A stretch of DNA of 32,000 nt from assembly GCA_964510585.1 (NCBI GenBank), contig CAZECW010000150.1:1-32000 (forward strand). Reading direction: 5' to 3'. A program made the position numbers and the translations under genes. Shown here piece by piece: positions 29,705-32,000 of the stretch (positions within the stretch are counted from its first letter, which is position 1; every line of letters starts with the position of its first letter). Origin of the DNA: an uncultured archaeon. Its GTDB lineage: Archaea > Asgardarchaeota > Jordiarchaeia > Jordiarchaeales > Jordiarchaeaceae. The notes under the pieces were generated by a model. It worked only from the letters and a program-made list of their open reading frames with translations. It was not told where the DNA came from and made no database searches.

Positions 29705-29745
29705 CCCCTTAAGGCGAGGGGAAGCTATGACTAATCTACTCTCAA

Positions 29746-30861
29746 ATGAAAGTTAATGGAACGGGAATTTCGGAATTGAAGACAGGTGACTATGTAATAG
29801 CGAGCAGTAAGGACGAAAGATTATCTGCAACATATGGAGGAGGAGCCATCCAAACTATTCTCAAAAAAATGCTGGAAAATAAATTTGTGGAAAAAGTTGT
29901 GCTTTTTCAAGAAAAAAAGGATAGATACAGTCTGGCTCCAGTAGTAATAGAAAATCCAGACCAACTAACCTCTATACCTCTTTCTCAATTCAGTGCGTAC
30001 TACCTTTCTGGACTTAATAGTGTGCCCAAATATATCCAGCAGAATTTAAAAAACGCTGGAAAAATAGGTGTTATAGCAAAGCCATGCGATATTAGAGCTA
30101 TGGTTGAACTAGAAAAAAGGAAGCAAGCAAATTTAGATAACTTGGTAATTTTGGGGGAGGAATGTCACGGCAAGGTTTCACCAAAAAAGGTTCAAAAAAT
30201 ATTAGAGGAAGAACGGGTTGACGCAAGTAAAGTAATTAGTGAGATGATAGACGGCAATAAGTTTAATATTAGTTTTGAGGGTGGAAACAAAAATTATATT
30301 TTGGGGAAGAAGCTTGATTTGGAAGAGAGTTGTAAAAGGTGTGGGGAGAGGGAACCAAATATTTCAGACATTTCATTTCAAGTTGTTAAGGACAACGATA
30401 AAACAAAAACTTTAATACATATAAACTCAGAAAGGGGATTAAAAATTATTAAGTTAAGCTCAGAAGAATTGAACTTGGAAAAAGCAAAGGAAGAAGTGTT
30501 GGAACACGCTGAGAGAAATATGGCTCTATCAATTTTGAAGGCAGAAAGGTACAAATTAAAACAATTTAAAAATTTTGATAAATTATCCGAGGTAGAGGCA
30601 TATAACTATTTCAAGAAATTAATTGAAAATTGTAGGAAATGCGGAAACTGCATAAGGGCATGCCCAATCTGTGTCTGCTTAGATTGTACAGTAATTAAGC
30701 AGAGGAAGGAAATAGAACCAACTTTATACTTCCTACTTAGGATGGGACACATGGGCAAAGCATGCGTAAATTGCGGCATCTGCGATTCATCATGTAATTT
30801 TCTGGATCTGGGGCCGAGCCTGATATTCCATAGGCTTAGCGAAATTTCTAAAAAAGGATGA
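29746..30861 (+). CDS. FdhB/FrhB-family coenzyme F420 dehydrogenase beta-like Fe-S flavoprotein
   Basis: GGGAIQTIL, GVIAKPCDIRAMVEL, ILGEECHG, ESCKRC, CRKCGNCIRACPICVC, HMGKACVNCGICDSSC. Confidence 0.88.
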   Translation: MKVNGTGISELKTGDYVIASSKDERLSATYGGGAIQTILKKMLENKFVEKVVLFQEKKDRYSLAPVVIENPDQLTSIPLSQFSAYYLSGLNSVPKYIQQNLKNAGKIGVIAKPCDIRAMVELEKRKQANLDNLVILGEECHGKVSPKKVQKILEEERVDASKVISEMIDGNKFNISFEGGNKNYILGKKLDLEESCKRCGEREPNISDISFQVVKDNDKTKTLIHINSERGLKIIKLSSEELNLEKAKEEVLEHAERNMALSILKAERYKLKQFKNFDKLSEVEAYNYFKKLIENCRKCGNCIRACPICVCLDCTVIKQRKEIEPTLYFLLRMGHMGKACVNCGICDSSCNFLDLGPSLIFHRLSEISKKG

Positions 30862-30981
30862 ACATGTAAATAATACTTCGTATTACAAATTTCCTTTCAG
30901 AAAGATGTGGTGGGGGGTATTACCTTGAAGGAGAGGAATGAAAATTTCAGAAAACTGTTTCAAAAGGTGTCTGTTTCATTT

Positions 30982-31650
30982 TTACTTTGTTGGTTTCTTT
31001 AACTTCTCTAAGATCTCGTCCCATATTCGTGTGTGTTCCCCTGAATAGTGGAATTTGTTTCTTTCTATTTCTATAACATCCTTAACGGGGCAACTGTTAA
31101 TACAAGCTCCACAAAGAATACATTTTTCTTTGTCAATTTCAACCTTTCCCGACTTCTCCCAGCTCTTTCTTTTCGGGATACTTAACGCCCCGACTGGGCA
31201 TATCTCCACACATGTGGAGCATCCTCCTGGACACTTTTCGTTGTGTATTTTTATCTCTCCCTCGAAAAACTTGTATGCTTTTCGGCCTGTTTTCTCACAG
31301 TATACTTCTGTTTTTTCAATTTTGGGCAAGGCTCCTTTCTCAAGAATTATAAGTTCATGTTCTCCATCTATGGTCAGCTCGAAACACTCAAATGGGCATA
31401 ATATTTCACAGACACCGCAGAAGGAACACTTTTTTTGATCTATTACTACTGTGGGGGCACTTGTTAAACCCTTCAGGGAGGCTCCTACTGGTCCACGCTG
31501 TATAGCTTGCTTTGGACAGGCTGTTAAACAGATTCCGCATCCAATGCACTTGTTTCGGTCAAATGTAAGTTTTAGGTGTTTTGTCAACATTTTCAATTCA
31601 ATAACCACTTTGTCAGTGTCTACTGTTTTTGAAAATGCTGGAATTGCCAA
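30982..31650 (-). CDS. Polyferredoxin, FwdF-like, with four [4Fe-4S] motifs
   Basis: CIGCGICLTACP, CSFCGVCEILCP, CPGGCSTCVEICP, CILCGACINSCP; likely TTG start at 31650 after AAGGTG. Confidence 0.85.
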   Translation of the reverse strand: MAIPAFSKTVDTDKVVIELKMLTKHLKLTFDRNKCIGCGICLTACPKQAIQRGPVGASLKGLTSAPTVVIDQKKCSFCGVCEILCPFECFELTIDGEHELIILEKGALPKIEKTEVYCEKTGRKAYKFFEGEIKIHNEKCPGGCSTCVEICPVGALSIPKRKSWEKSGKVEIDKEKCILCGACINSCPVKDVIEIERNKFHYSGEHTRIWDEILEKLKKPTK

Positions 31651-31867
31651 GATAGACACCTTGTAACTTTTCATTATCTTCCAATACATAAAATTGTCCA
31701 ACCTTTAAAACTATCGAATTTTTTAAGGAATACCAGAAATTTTTTATAATCATACTCTAACTGTAAAGTGGAGATCAAGGAAAAGTTATGTATATTCAAA
31801 TTTGTTTTGGTTAACCATGAATTTGGGGACCGCATAGAATAAACTTTTATGTGGATGAGGTGTAAAA

Positions 31868-32000
31868 ATGATTTATGGTGCTGAGAACTCGAAGGAGGAA
31901 AATTTAACTAGCGATGGTGAGCAGTTAACAAAAGAAGAAGGTAAAGATGTCACTAGCTCTATCCCTGAACAACTTGAGTATTTTTTAGGGCAATCTTTGG
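31868..32000 (+). CDS. 5' part of an unidentified gene running off the window
   Basis: GAGGTG SD, ATG 31868, open frame MIYGAENSKEENLTSDGEQL... to the window end. Confidence 0.55.
   Translation, partial: MIYGAENSKEENLTSDGEQLTKEEGKDVTSSIPEQLEYFLGQSL

Noticed and set aside
30859..30873. Sec readthrough of the fdhB-like UGA stop
   Set aside because: It would add only U-T-C-K before TAA and is not at a recognisable conserved Cys position

Overview
Archaeal chromosomal window (~40% GC, Shine-Dalgarno-led genes, TATA-type promoters); an Asgard lineage is inferred from a eukaryote-type SECIS element and several V4R/KaiC-like genes. It is mostly metabolic: Hsp20, TraB-like, two GNATs, two PaaK-like ligases, amidohydrolase, TIGR04076, FAD oxidoreductase, SDR, M42 peptidase, thiolase/DUF35, acyl-CoA dehydrogenase, EtfAB, PanB and a polyferredoxin. 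The main signal is hidden from the ORF track. hdrA (27270-29213, split in the track) and an uncalled mvhD/vhuD (29228-29659) each carry two in-frame UGA codons at conserved Cys positions. A eukaryote-like SECIS hairpin (29660-29704) begins one base after the mvhD stop, followed by an FdhB/FrhB-like gene. hdrA and a small acidic-tail gene both appear to start at ATA. Other points of interest: three KaiC-like domains with degenerate Walker A (two fused to V4R), a tandem Cys-rich V4R-like pair, and a ~6.5 kb segment bracketed by a decayed direct repeat of the M42 gene 3' end, which looks like an integration relic.
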